Shown piece after piece: positions 41,975 through 57,133 of a DNA stretch of 64,000 nt. The stretch lies in contig OX597839.1 in the NCBI GenBank assembly GCA_951406725.2, positions 39,928,001 through 39,992,000 of the forward strand, read 5' to 3'. Position 1 is the stretch's first letter, and the number at the start of each line of letters is the position of its first letter. This stretch comes from Octopus vulgaris. Its lineage: Eukaryota. The notes under the pieces are model-generated. The model saw nothing but the letters and a program-made list of their open reading frames with translations. It ran no database searches and was not told where the DNA came from. The position numbers and the translations under genes were made by a program.

Positions 41975-42387
41975 AGCTGGCAGAAACGTTAGCACGCCGG
42001 GCGAAATGCTTAGCGGTATTTCGTCTGCCGTTACGTTCTGAGTTCAAATTCCGCCGAGGTTGACTTTGCCTTTCATCCTTTTGGGGGTCGATGAATTAAG
42101 TACCAGTTACGCATTGGGGTCGATCTAATCGACTCAATCCCTTTGTCTCTCCTTGTTTGTCCTCTCTGTGTTTAGCCCCTTGTGGGTACTAAAGAAATGG
42201 GTATTACGTCTGCCGCTACGTTTTGAGTTCAAATTCCGCCGAGGTCGACTTTGCCTTTCACCCTTTCGGGGTCGATTAATTAAGTACCAGTTACGCACTG
42301 GCGTCGATGTAATCGACTTAATCCCTTTTTCTGTCGTTGTTTGTCCCCTCTATGTTTAGCCCCTTGTGGGCAATTAAAAAAATAAGA
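41975..42387 (+). mobile_element. SINE family B, one full and one 5'-truncated copy in tandem
   Basis: Matches the family B consensus twice. Confidence 0.85.
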
Positions 42388-43161
42388 AACTTTGCCAGGA
42401 GAGGGTCAGTCGATCATCAACCCCAGTGCTCAACTGCTACTTATTTTATCGACCCCGAATGGCTTAAAGCGCAAGTACACATACACGAATACTCGAAAGC
42501 ATTTTACGGACACTTCTCTTAAAGATCCAGACAGTTCGCCAAAAGGCTTACTATATATTTACAAGAACGTGATTGCGAGAAGGTTTGATGGTTTATCAGT
42601 GTAAAAGTTTAACGGTGTAAGGGTTTAACTGTGCAATGGTTTAACGGTGTAATAGTTTGATGGTGTCAGATTTAATGTTGTAATAGCGTGCCGATGTGAT
42701 TGCATAATGGCGTGATTTGTACAATGGTGTGATTGATAAGATGGATAGGATAAAAGCGATGTTGTATGATGGCGGCGTTACGTGACGGGATGCGGATGCT
42801 GGGGATGTGCATGCTGGTGATGGTGGTGTTGTTGTTCTTGGTGGTAGTTCGTGGTCTTGGTTTAACGGTGGGACGTGGTGTGGGTATTTGGTGGCAAGTT
42901 GGTGTAATGGGATTATGGCGTAATGGAGCGATAACGTGATTAGAGGACGGCAACTATAGTAGTAATAGTAGTATTAGTATATTAGTAGTAGTTGTCGTTT
43001 GTTGTTGTTTTTGAAGTTGTAGTAGTAGCAGCAACAACAGCAGTAGCAGCAGTAGTAGTAGTACTACTACTAATATTAAAACCAGCGACAACTGTAAAAC
43101 TAGTTGTAGTAACAGCAACAGTAGAGATACTTTCAAAAGCACCCGGAGCGGCAGCAATGGA

Positions 43162-43214
<53 letters not shown>

Positions 43215-43245
43215 AACTACTACTACTACTGCTGCTGCTGCTGCG

Positions 43246-43311
<66 letters not shown>

Positions 43312-43724
43312 CGTCTAGGCACCAGCTGTAGCAGTGGTATTATGGTTTAGAAGCATTTCGTCCGGCTTGACGTTCTGAGTTCAAAATCCGCCGAGATCGA
43401 TGTTGCCTTTCATCGTTTCGAGGTCGATAACATAAGTACCAGTTGTGTACTAGGGGTGGATCTGGGGGAGCGATGTAATCGAATTAGCCCTTCTCTCGAA
43501 ATTACTGGCCTTGTGCCAAAATTTGAAACCACCATGGAGAAAGAGAGAGAGAGAAATAGAAAGAGATATAGAGATGAGGAAAGAGAAAGAGAGGACGGAA
43601 GCAGGGAAAGAGAAAGGGAGATAGAGAGAGAGTGAGAGAGAAAGAGAGAGACAGGAAAAGAGAGGGGGGACAGAAAGAGATAAAGAGATAAGGAAAGAGA
43701 GAGAGAGAGAAGGACAGAGACAGG

Positions 43725-43764
<40 letters not shown>

Positions 43765-44100
43765 AAAAGTGAGAGTAATAGAGATAAAGAGAGTTATCCA
43801 ATGAAAGGGCGAGAGAGAGAGAGGATGAGAGAGAAGGGGAGAAAGAGCAAGAAGATAAATAAGATACTAAAAGAACAGTGAGGGGGAGAGGTTAATAAGA
43901 TTGAGGAAGATTATAATTGCTAAGGGGAAAGATTAAAGGAACACACACACAAATACACACACACAAATACACACACATACTCAAAATAGACACTCATACA
44001 ATATATACATACATACATATACACACACGCGCGCGCAACACACACACGCACTCATATATATATACAAACGCATACACACATATACAAACACGCACATGCA

Positions 44101-44145
<45 letters not shown>

Positions 44146-44455
44146 TATATATATATCTGTAGGTTTATATACATATGAATACATACACATACGTATTATG
44201 TGTTTGTGTATGTATATTTGTGTCTATAAATGTATATGTGTATCTCTGAACGAAAGGAATTTGGTAAAAACACGCATAAATGGAAAAAGAAAATTGACAC
44301 GAAAAAGAAGTATATATAAACATACAACAAGCAAATAAGAATGCAGCAACTTTCAACGAAGCAATCGAAAAAAAACTTTTAAAAAATACACATAAATTAT
44401 GTCATAAAATGAATAAAAAGCAAAAAAGCAAACCTAAATAGATAACAAAAATGAG

Positions 44456-44497
<42 letters not shown>

Positions 44498-44598
44498 GGG
44501 AGAAAGAGAGATATTGATAAAATAAGCATATCAATATACATTTTTAATGATTTAACTGAGTAAATTAACTAATTAATTCAGCAATAATTAACAGGACC

Positions 44599-44679
<81 letters not shown>

Positions 44680-44838
44680 TCATTATTATTATTATTATTA
44701 TTGTTATTGTTATTGTTATCTCTACAACGGAAAACAAGTGAAGTTGTTGGGTTGTTTGTAATGGCGGAAACTTGGGGGATGGGTTTTTGTAGATTTTTGG
44801 GTCGAAACGATATCTGTTGCAAACAGATTCCCTAAAAA

Positions 44839-44899
<61 letters not shown>

Positions 44900-45070
44900 A
44901 TTCAAATTCAAATTGGCTGACGATTAGCGTCATGCTTGAAACTCAAGAGTACAAACGAATTTGAATCAATCTGTTTTTATCTGTACATGTAACTCTGAAT
45001 AATTTGGTTGAATACCCTTCTCTCGTTTGTCCCCTCACTTGTATGTATATACATACATACATATATATAT

Positions 45071-45430
45071 ATGGTTCCGGGTTCAGTCCCACTGCGTGTC
45101 ACCTTGGGCAAGTGTCTTCTACTATAGCCTCGGGCCGACCAAAGCCTCGTGAGTGGATTTGGTAGACGAAAGCTGAAAGAGGCCCGTCGTATATATGTAT
45201 ATGTATATGTATGTATGTGTATATGTTTGTGTGTCTGTGTTTGTTACCCCAACATCGCTTGACAACCGATGCTGGTGTGTTTTTGTCCCCGTAACTTAGT
45301 GATTCGGCAAAATAGACCGATATAATAAGTACTAGGCTTACAAAGAATAAGTCCTGGGGTCAATTTGCTCGACTAAAGGCGGTGCTCCAGCACAACTACA
45401 GTTAAATGACTGAAGCAAGTAAAAGAGTAA
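45071..45430 (+). mobile_element. SINE family A
   Basis: Match lacking the first ~40 nt. Confidence 0.85.
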
Positions 45431-45434
45431 AATA

Positions 45435-45495
<61 letters not shown>

Positions 45496-45498
45496 AAT

Positions 45499-45712
45499 AA
45501 AGGGAAAGTTTACGAAAATAAACAAAAGACGAAGGCAGGTGGAGTACAAACAAACAAATGTATTAGTATAGCGCTCAGGAATAGAAATAGAAATAGTCTT
45601 TTACGTTTCGAGCCTACGCTCTTCGACAGAAAGATACACAGAAAAAAAACAAGGAGAGAAACAAGAAGAGAAAAAAATGCGTGTAGGTGCTAACGATCTA
45701 TCATGGCGTCCT
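45499..45712 (-). mobile_element. Family H1 element with an HHR-like motif at 45597-45634
   Basis: Reverse complement of 4920-5131. Confidence 0.8.
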
Positions 45713-45762
<50 letters not shown>

Positions 45763-45925
45763 TAATAGTTAATACTAATATGGCAGTCTTATAAATATAA
45801 GACTAAAGCTGTCGCTGATTAGCTCCATGAGGCCATCGCCTCAAGCTAGCTATTTGACACACAAACTGCGTCCATTATAAACCTTCGAACAGGGAGGTCA
45901 GCCGCTTCATCCTGCCAGTCAGACA

Positions 45926-45969
45926 GCTGCAGACATGTTTCAGGGTATTTGTCCCTTTATCAATGCAGC
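45926..45969 (-). ncRNA. Minimal type I hammerhead ribozyme, U3-A8 core, perfect stems
   Basis: Minus strand: gctgca TTGATAA aggg-acaaata-ccct GAAA catg TC tgcagc. Confidence 0.85.
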
Positions 45970-45970
45970 G

Positions 45971-46113
<143 letters not shown>

Positions 46114-46399
46114 ACACAACCACCCACACAGAAGCCTATTGCAACCTACCTTGCCCATCTTTTCAAAGACATACAAATCGACTCGATTTGTATGTCTTTG
46201 TATGTCAAACTACAAAACACGTTAAAAACATTTTATTAGTTCACATCTATTTCATTAAATGGTTTGTACATACTGTCACAAGAAATTTATTTCCTTTTCC
46301 AATTTTAGTATTGGTTTCTAGGTGTTTGCTTAATCTTTATGCGTTTTAAGATGTTCATTTGAGATCAACATTATGTTGCATAAATCAACTGAAGTAGAT

Positions 46400-46849
46400 A
46401 CTCTTTTACTCTTTTACTCTTTTACTTGTTTCAGTCATTTGACTGCGGCCATGCTGGAGCACCGCCTTTAATCGAGCAACTCGACCCCGGGACTTATTCT
46501 TTTGTAAGCCCAGTACTTATTCTATCAGTCCTTTTTGCCGAACCGCTAAGTAACGGGGACATAAACACACCAGTATCGGTTGTCAAGCAATGCTTGGGGG
46601 ACAAACACAGACACACAAACATATACACACACACACACACACAGACACACAGACACACACACACGCATATATATATACATATAAACGACAGGCTTCTTTC
46701 AGTTTCCGTCTACCAAATCCACTCACAAGGCTTTGGTCTGCCCGAGGCTATAATAGAAGACACTTGCTCAAGCAGCCACGCAGTGGGACTGAACCCGGAA
46801 CCATGTGGTTGGTAAGCAAGCTACTTACCACACAGCCACTCCTGCGCCT
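46400..46849 (-). mobile_element. SINE family A (full length)
   Basis: Head to (AAAAGAGT)n tail. Confidence 0.9.
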
Positions 46850-47502
46850 ATATGTTTGTTTTTTTTTTTTTTTCTTTTCGGAAAACGCGCCGAGCCGGAA
46901 GAAACGTTCACACGAACGGCATTTCGCACGTCTTTATTTTCTGAGTTCAAATCCTGCTGAAGTCGTTTCTTTCCTTTCATGTTTTCGGGGTCGATGAAAT
47001 AAATATCACTTGAAAATTTGGGTCGATAAAATAGACTAGTTCCCTCTCTTAAAGATTTGTGGGAATATTGCCTACTCGATATTTTGACATTTGTCCCTGT
47101 CGCCGTCGGGACCTCATCAAAAACTCTCGAGTTAAACGTATTTATATTTGTTTCTTTTCAGTAATGGGGGCATTATATATTTTACATTACATTTCTGTCA
47201 GATTGTGTAGTTTTTTTTTTTACTTTTGTTTTTCGATTGCTTCGTTGAAAGTTTCTGCATTCTTATTTGTTTGTTGTATTTTTATATATACTTTTCTTTT
47301 TTTGGATTTTTATTTTGTGTCAATTTTCTTTTTCCATTTATACGCGTTTTTACCAAATTCCTTTCGTTCAGTGATACTCATATACATCTATGGACACAAC
47401 TATACATACACAAACACATAATATGTGTGTGTGTGTGTAAATATATATGCGTGTGTGTATGTATTCATATGTATATAAGCCTATAGATATACATATATAT
47501 GT

Positions 47503-47632
47503 TTCTCTCCTTGTTTTTTTCGGTGTATCTTTCTGTAGAAGAGCGTAGGCACGAAACGTAAAAGACTTTTTCTATTCCTGAGCGCTATACTAATACATCT
47601 GCTTGTTTGTACACCACCTGCCTTCGTCTTTT
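47503..47632 (+). mobile_element. Family H1 element, partial; HHR-like motif at 47528-47565
   Basis: CTGTAGAA gagc-gtag-gcac GAAACGTA aaaga. Confidence 0.75.
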
Positions 47633-47949
47633 TGCATAAAATATTTATAAATTATTTAACTCTGCTGATGGTAAATGCATTATATGTAAAACGTCTATCT
47701 ATTACAACTAGGTTCATATTGTGTTTGATTTGAATAGCGATTATTATTTAGTTCTCCCTGTGAACAGAAGTATACGAGGTATTTTATCTTCGGAAGAGTG
47801 GCCAAGACAATCAGCAATGCGACATGTCTAGGCAGTCTCCTCTATGTTTCTCTGTTTTAAGAGAATAATAAAACGGCTCTTACATCTCTTTATTGGCATA
47901 AATAATTCTTGACCACTCGCAGAAAAGGCGTTAGAAAATTTCATCTGAC

Positions 47950-47993
47950 TTTTTTTCTTCTTCTTCTTTTTCTTCTTCTTCTTCTTGTCCTTC

Positions 47994-48042
<49 letters not shown>

Positions 48043-48080
48043 TCTTCTTCTTCTTCTTTTTCTTCTTCTTCTTCTTGTCC

Positions 48081-48117
<37 letters not shown>

Positions 48118-48222
48118 TCTTCTTCTTCTTCTTCTTCTTTTTCTTCTTCTTCTTCTTGTCCTTCATCATCATCATCATCATCATCAAAATCTTCTTCTTC
48201 TTTCTTCTTCTTCTTCTTGTCC

Positions 48223-48289
<67 letters not shown>

Positions 48290-48315
48290 TCTTCTTCTTC
48301 TTCTTCTTCTTCTTT
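47950..48315. repeat. Higher-order compound microsatellite [(TTC)n GTCC TTC(ATC)n AAAA]x4
   Basis: Directly visible. Confidence 0.9.
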
Positions 48316-48395
48316 CCCCCCACTATTTTCTTGTTATTACAACAGCGACATCAACGTCAAGAAGAACCACCAGCACCACCACCAGCACCACCACC

Positions 48396-48451
<56 letters not shown>

Positions 48452-48482
48452 CACCACCACCACCACCACCACCACCACCACC

Positions 48483-48531
<49 letters not shown>

Positions 48532-48712
48532 ATACTACTACTACCACCACCACCACCACCACCACCACCACTACTTCAAATACTACTGCTACGACTATTC
48601 GTACTATTACTAAAGTACTTGCAGTTTTGTTGTTGTTGCTGTTGTTGGGGCGACGGTGGTAGTGGTACTGCCGCTGGCTCTTCTGGTACAGCTCTTGACG
48701 GCGCTGCTGTTA

Positions 48713-48757
<45 letters not shown>

Positions 48758-49145
48758 ACATTGATGATGTAGACACAGATCAATATGTTATTCTGATGTA
48801 AGAGAAACGAAGCCATATCCAACAGGATTAGTCACGTGCTGAAATACCACGGGGTATAAGGCTATATCTTCATGTCATGTAGGTTATCTGACAGTGATGG
48901 AATTGATATATTCCCACACCGCGACCACCACCACCGACCATCACACACACACACACACACACACACATAAGAATTCATACACAAAAAACTCACACACGTA
49001 TGTACAATTACATATTCGTATACATACATATACATATGTATGTCTGTATGTACGTACGTATGTATGTCTATATATATATATATATATATACATATTGATA
49101 TATATATATATAATAGGTATACATACGTATATATATATATGCATA

Positions 49146-49188
<43 letters not shown>

Positions 49189-49215
49189 TATAAAATATAA
49201 TATAATATAATATAA

Positions 49216-49246
<31 letters not shown>

Positions 49247-49424
49247 TCATTTACTTCTACAGTGATAGATGTGTATATACGTATCTAAAATATACATACA
49301 TATGTATATATATGTATATATACATATACATATGAATATATATATATATACACACAGATACACACATATGTATGTATGCATGTATCTATGTATGAGTGTG
49401 TGTATACATGTATATATGGGTATG

Positions 49425-49456
<32 letters not shown>

Positions 49457-49919
49457 CATACACACACTATACGCAGGTGTTTATTGAACGCATATAGATA
49501 CACATGAGAGAGTAGATGCTTAAGTAACGGCGCCCGAAGAAGGAACACATTCACATACAACAATACACACACACACACACTCATAAACACAGACACACAC
49601 ACACGCACACTAATACCCTTGTGCATATGTACTGAAGGGAGTGTGTGGGAGTGTGTTGGGGAAGTGTATACTCAGATGTAAATATAAAAGTAAAAAGAGT
49701 TGTGTGTGTATATCTCTAATATATAGTTACGAAAATTATAAATAAGATACACCTGTGTGTATATATACAGACGCAGCCTCTCACGCACGCACCTATACAT
49801 AGAAACACACACACACACACATACACACATGTCTATATAGCCACAAACACGTGTACTCACATATGTGTGTGTATGTCCTCATAGATATAGAGAGAATCAT
49901 GCACACATGTGTATGTATG

Positions 49920-49971
<52 letters not shown>

Positions 49972-49981
49972 TGTATATGTA

Positions 49982-50184
<203 letters not shown>

Positions 50185-50409
50185 CTATGTATAAACGTAT
50201 GTATATGCACACGTATACAAATTTGTGCCAATTATACTCAGGGGTATGAATCTTATATAGATCGGAATGAACACGAAATTCATTGAAGATCAAAAAGTCG
50301 GCTCAGTACGTCGCTGAGAGCAGCAAAAGCAAGAGCACCAGCAGCATCTACAGCAGCAGCTACAGCAGGAACAGCACCAGCAGCAATTGCAGCAACACTT
50401 GTTATGGTG

Positions 50410-50444
<35 letters not shown>

Positions 50445-50624
50445 AACTGCAAAGACAGCAAGAACGGTAACCACTCATATTTTAATAACTAGAGAAACGG
50501 ATACATCTTTGCTGTGTATTAATGGCGGAAAAAAAATATGCTTTGTTTCTCTTTTTCTTGCTGCGCTTAAAAAAATATCTGCGTAGACTTAGAGCGACAC
50601 ATACACCATTGATATCTGTCTGTG

Positions 50625-50839
<215 letters not shown>

Positions 50840-50934
50840 ATATAAATATATATATATATATATATACGTATATATATGCATATATATGTATAAGTATATA
50901 TAGTATATATATATATATATATATATATAGTATA

Positions 50935-51017
<83 letters not shown>

Positions 51018-51571
51018 AGTGTATATGTATAGGTATATATTTATATATTCTATTTCATGCACATCATATATATGTATTCACACATATGTATTTCTCAACA
51101 CACACGTACACACACGCATACACACGTATGCGTATGTAGGTATATACATATACGTATATACATGTGTACTGATATATGTATATCTATCTATATGTCTATC
51201 TGTCTATCTGTCTGTATTTATAGTAGTGTATATGGATATGTGTACCGTGGGGAAAACTGGATTCTGACGTTTCTTTGCTGAACCTTGGTCTGCAGGGGAA
51301 TCCGCGGAATGAAATCGATCAGCCTGACTAATCTATATTTTAGCATCGTTGACCACTAACTCTGATTGGTTTACAGGCGCTCACCCCACCCGTCCACCCT
51401 CACTATACGTAGAGTCACGCTTTTGCACACATACATGTACGCGCATACGCTCTCATACGCACACATTCGCAAAGACACACACGCACGTGCAGATTCAATC
51501 ACTCACAATCAAACACACGTGCACGGACATGGAAGCACACACACGCACCCCCACCACAGACACATGCCTAT

Positions 51572-51980
51572 AGGTCGCAGGAGTGGCTGTGTGGTAAGTA
51601 GCTTGCTTACCAACCACATGGTTCCGGGTTCAGTCCCACTGCGTGGCATCTTGGGCAAGTGTCTTCTGCTATAGCCCCGGGCCGACCAATGCCTTGTGAG
51701 TGGATTTGGTAGACGGAAACTGAAAGAAGCCTGTCGTATATATGTATATGTATGTGTGTATGTGTGTGTATGTGTTTGTGTGTCTGTGTTTGTCCCCCTA
51801 GCATTTCTTGACAACCGATGCTGGTGTGTTTACGTCCCCGTCACTTAGCGGTTTGGCAAAAGAGACCGATAGAATAAGTACTGGGCTTACAAAGAATAAG
51901 TCCTGGGGTCGATCGATGTGCTCGACTAAAGGCGGTGCTCCAGCATGGCTGCAGACAAATGACTGAAACAAGTAAAAGAG
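51572..51980 (+). mobile_element. SINE family A (full length)
   Basis: Matches 3272-3690. Confidence 0.9.
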
Positions 51981-52011
51981 AAAAGAGATATATACATACA
52001 TACATATATAT

Positions 52012-52046
<35 letters not shown>

Positions 52047-52065
52047 CATACATACACACATACAT

Positions 52066-52104
<39 letters not shown>

Positions 52105-52112
52105 CCATCATT

Positions 52113-52205
52113 GGTGGTGCAATGGCCCAGTGGTTAGGGCAGCGGACTCGCAGTCATAGGATCGCGGTTTCGATTCCCAGACCGGGCGTTGTGAGCGTTT
52201 ATTGA
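52113..52205 (+). mobile_element. SINE family D, head only
   Basis: Matches the head of 10461-10834. Confidence 0.8.
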
Positions 52206-52228
52206 GCTCATCTTTATTGTGCTCATCT

Positions 52229-52440
52229 TTCATCAGGTGTATTGGGGAAATTTCGAACCCAGGTTCTCATTCTTAAGGTATTTTTCGATATTATTATTAT
52301 CATTATTATTATTATTATTATTATTATAATTATTATTGTTATTATTATTATTGTTATTATTCAGGTCACTGCCTGGAATCGAACTCAGAATCTCGGGGTT
52401 AGTAGCCCGCGCTCTTAACCACTACGCCATATACCCACGG
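52229..52440 (-). mobile_element. tRNA-headed HHR element, second copy, truncated in the ribozyme core
   Basis: Reverse complement of about 3016-3220, ending at ACACCTGATGAA. Confidence 0.8.
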
Positions 52441-52907
52441 GCATATGGACTATTATCTAGCTCGTTCTTTATTTTGATTAAGTTGGTAAGATCTAATTTC
52501 GAGGAGGTGGAAATTGGGTGCTATTTCTAGCGCGTGGAGAACAAACTCTTAACTGTGCTCCGATTTCTCTTTCAATATGAGACTATTTTCTAGTGAAGCT
52601 TTAAGATTGCCGTCTCCCCACTCAATAAGGTTTAAACTAATTATGAGAAAAGAAATAATAAAAAAAGGGACAAAATATGACAAAGAAGAATGCGAAAATT
52701 GCAATTAAATTTGACAAGGCATAATTAAAGTTTAATGAGTTGCGGAAAAAATGAAAATTTCAGCTGCGGCTTTGTTGAGTGTGTGTGTGTGGCACGTCGT
52801 ACACCAGATGTACAAACATGCACGGGAAAATAAAAAGAACGGGGAATAGGCACACACTCGTACATACATTCACGCATCTAAAAAAAAGAAATATAAAATG
52901 TGACTTC

Positions 52908-53652
52908 ATTGACCGAGGTTACCGTGGTCTTTTCCGTAGGCTTTTCTTTCCACGGGTAAACCTCACCTGTCCTCCCCTTTACACTTCATATTGACATTTC
53001 TGTGATAACGATCCCTATTGATCAATTTTTTTTTCCTCTCCCCCTTTTTTTTTAACCCCCCTTTTTTTGTCCTCTTTCTCTCCTTTTACGATCCCTTTTG
53101 ATCGAAACTCCCCCTTCCTTTCTTTTTTTTTTTTTTTTTTTTAAACCTTCAAAAGAAAAGCTCTACCTTGTAATTTGTTCTATCTGTGTGCAGCCCTGTG
53201 TGGCTAATAAAGAAACATATCTATCTATCTATCTATTTATTTATCTATCTATTTATTAAAAAAAAAAAGGTGGGTGAATGTAGCAAAGATGGTGCATGCG
53301 AGTAACGAAACCATTTTGAGCATGACCCTGTAAATCGTAAAAAAGAGAGAGAACATTTTGCTCTCATGTGGTTATTTCCTCCCTGACTGAGGTTCCCGTG
53401 GTCTTTTCTGTTGGCTTTTCTTCCCACGGATGAACCCAATCTTATTTTATTAATGTTTTTTTTTTTTTAAAAAGTGTTCCTGTGATACACGATTTCTTTC
53501 CTTTTTTCTTTCTTCTTCTCGATCCCTTTTGATCGGAATCTTACATTTAATTTCCTTTTATTTTTCCACCCTCGAAAAAAAAAGTTCTACATTTGTATTT
53601 GTCCCCTCTGTATTCAGCCCTGTGTGGCCAATAAAAGAAAGTTATCTGTTTG

Positions 53653-53708
<56 letters not shown>

Positions 53709-54076
53709 CATATAACAATATTGACCAAGGTTACCGTGGTCTTTTTCGTAGGCTTTTCTTCCCACGGATAAACCTTACTTGTTTTCCCCTTTACACCATA
53801 CATCATAACACTGTGGTACACGATCCCTATTGATCGTTTTTCCCCTTCCCCTCCCCCCTTTTTTCTTCTTTTTTCATTTCTCTTTTCTTTTGTTCTTTTT
53901 CCTTTTTTTATTTTTTGTTCTTTTTTTCCCTTTTACGATCCCTTTTGATCGAAAACCTACGCCATCCCTTTTTTTTTGTTTCTTTTGTTTTTTGCTTTTT
54001 TTCATCCCCCAAAAGAAAAGCTCTACCTTGTAACTTGTCCCATCTGTGTGCAGCCCTGTGTGGCCAATAAAGAAAC

Positions 54077-54077
<1 letters not shown>
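52908..54077 (+). mobile_element. Three tandem Tx1/L1-like LINE 3' ends, each followed by (TATC)n
   Basis: GAC(C/T)(G/A)AGGTT(A/C)CCGTGGTCTTTT...GCCCTGTGTGGC(C/T)AATAAA at 52908-53218, 53255-53640 and 53720-54077. Confidence 0.75.
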
Positions 54078-54142
<65 letters not shown>

Positions 54143-54584
54143 ACCTTTCTGTTTATATGTGTGTGCTTGCGTGCGTCCATGGACGGAAGCGTATAAATGG
54201 GTGATGATCGTTATCTAGAACGAGTTGTATTAAATTTAAGCCAAAAACCGTTGTCCGTGGTATATGAATTAAAAGCGGCCTTCAAAATGTTGGCACGGCA
54301 TCTAACATTTCGTGGAAGAACTGCAATTCTTGTTAAAGGAGAAAAGAAACAAAATGGTGAAGTAGACAGATAAGAGAAAGAGAGAAGAGGGTGTCGGAGA
54401 GATATTTGAAGAGAGAGTGGGGGAGAGTAAAAGAGAAAAAGAGAGGGGAGAGAGGGATGAAAGAGAGAGAAAGGAAGTTACATACGTAGACAAATAAATA
54501 GAGGGATTAATAGATAACCATTGATAGGTAAACAGATAGGTGGGTGGACTGGGTGATGGGTAGACAGACAGACAGAAAGGTAGG

Positions 54585-54620
<36 letters not shown>

Positions 54621-54772
54621 CAGACAGAATTAGACAGAGAAGTAGAAAGATAGCAAGTTAGCAAGGGAGCTAGTCAGACAGATTGATAAACAGACAACAT
54701 GTAGACAGACAGACTGATGGACAGATAGACTGAGATACAGACAGATAGATCGATAGATAGATAGATAGAAAA

Positions 54773-54805
<33 letters not shown>

Positions 54806-55067
54806 AAAATAGATAGATAGATTGAGACAGAGGGAGAGAGAGTCAGAGAGAAACAGTGAGAGAGAGAGATGAGCGGATACATAGATAAATAAAATAGATA
54901 GGGAGGACTATAGCTAAATAGATAGGGAGGTAGATAGATAGTCAGATATACATATGGATAGAAAAATAAGTAGATAGATGGATATATACTTAGATAGATA
55001 AATAGATAGAAAAATAGATAAATAGGTAGAGAGATAGATAGATAGATAGATAGATAGATAGCTAGAT

Positions 55068-55194
<127 letters not shown>

Positions 55195-55578
55195 TGCACA
55201 AGGTAACGACAGGCTAGCAATAAGAAGTGTAAACATACGGATCAAGGAAGGTTTAAATTTATCGTATTTATTTCATGTTCCTTATTGCTATTTCTTAAGG
55301 CTAGTCATATCCCGAGGGTGATGGTCAATTATAGCTGGCCACACTATGGTCTAATTAGTAACATTCAGCCGTGTGTTGGCCAGCTCTGAATTCCACTTTA
55401 GTGTCATGGCTTAATTATTGCGTTCTGTTTCACGATTGGACAGTTGCCGTTATTCATGGCCGATGACAAAAGGTTGAAAATTAGCACTTCCGTTCTGATT
55501 GGTGGAAGACACAGCAGCAAAGGAAGGTAGGAATGTATGTGTGTGTGTGCATGCGTGTGTGTGTGTGTGTGTGTGTGG

Positions 55579-55619
<41 letters not shown>

Positions 55620-55696
55620 TGTGTATTATACATATATACATACATGCATTCACACGTGCACGCAGATGTGCGTGTGTATGTTTATAAATGCAAAAG

Positions 55697-55750
<54 letters not shown>

Positions 55751-55917
55751 CACACATATATATTTGTATATTCATAAATGAATACCAATGTATATATATA
55801 TGCTTATACACACACACACACGCACACACAAACATATATATATACACATGTGTATATATGCATATAGAGAGATATGTACGTATATCTGTGTGTAAGCTTA
55901 TGTTTGTGTGTGTGGAT

Positions 55918-55927
55918 GTATCTATCC

Positions 55928-55987
<60 letters not shown>

Positions 55988-56013
55988 GTCTATCTATCTA
56001 TCTATCTATCTAC

Positions 56014-56054
<41 letters not shown>

Positions 56055-56133
56055 CATCTATCTATCTACCTACCTACCTACCTATCTATCTATCTATCTA
56101 TCTATCCATCTATCTATCTATCTATCTACCTAC

Positions 56134-56178
<45 letters not shown>

Positions 56179-56205
56179 CATCTATCTATCTACCTACCTA
56201 CCTAC

Positions 56206-56302
<97 letters not shown>

Positions 56303-56355
56303 CATCTATCTATCTACCTACCTACCTACCTATCTATCTATCTATCTATCTATCC

Positions 56356-56427
<72 letters not shown>

Positions 56428-56465
56428 GTCTGTCTGTCTGTATGTATGTATGTATGTATGTATGT
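55918..56465. repeat. (TATC)n/(TACC)n microsatellite
   Basis: Directly visible. Confidence 0.95.
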
Positions 56466-56674
56466 ATTATGTGTGTGTGTTTGTGCGTATGCATATACAT
56501 ATACGGACATATACACAAGTCGATAGATAGATAGATATGTGCATATTGTTACGTATATACGTACACACGTACGCATGCATTGATATGTCAATGGAGAGAG
56601 GGAAAACTGAGAGAGTGAGAAAGAGAGACAGGGTGTGAAAGTGCTTGTTTGACGATACATAGTGACCGAGAGGG

Positions 56675-56711
<37 letters not shown>

Positions 56712-56729
56712 TACACACAAAGACACCCA

Positions 56730-57133
56730 GTGGTAAGTAGCTTGCTTACCAACCACATGGTTCTGGGTTCAGTCCCACTGCGTGACACCTTGGGTAAGTG
56801 TCTTCTACTATAGCCTCGGGCCGACCAAAGCCTTGTGAGTGGATTTGGTAGACGGAAACTGAAAGAAGCCTGTCGTGTATATGTATATATATATGTGTGT
56901 GTGTTTGTGAGTCTGTGTTTGTCCCCCCAACATCGCTTGACAACCGATGCTGGTGTGTTTACGTCTCCGTAACTTAGCGGTTCAGCAAAAAAATAGACCG
57001 ATAGAATAAGTACTAGGCTTACAAAAAATAAGTCCTGGGGTCGATTTGCTCTCGACTAAAGGCGGTGCTCCAGCATGGCCGCAGTCAAATGACTGAAACA
57101 AGGAAAAGAGTAAAGAGTAAAGAGTAAAGAGTA
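56730..57133 (+). mobile_element. SINE family A
   Basis: Match with the (AAAGAGT)n tail. Confidence 0.9.
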
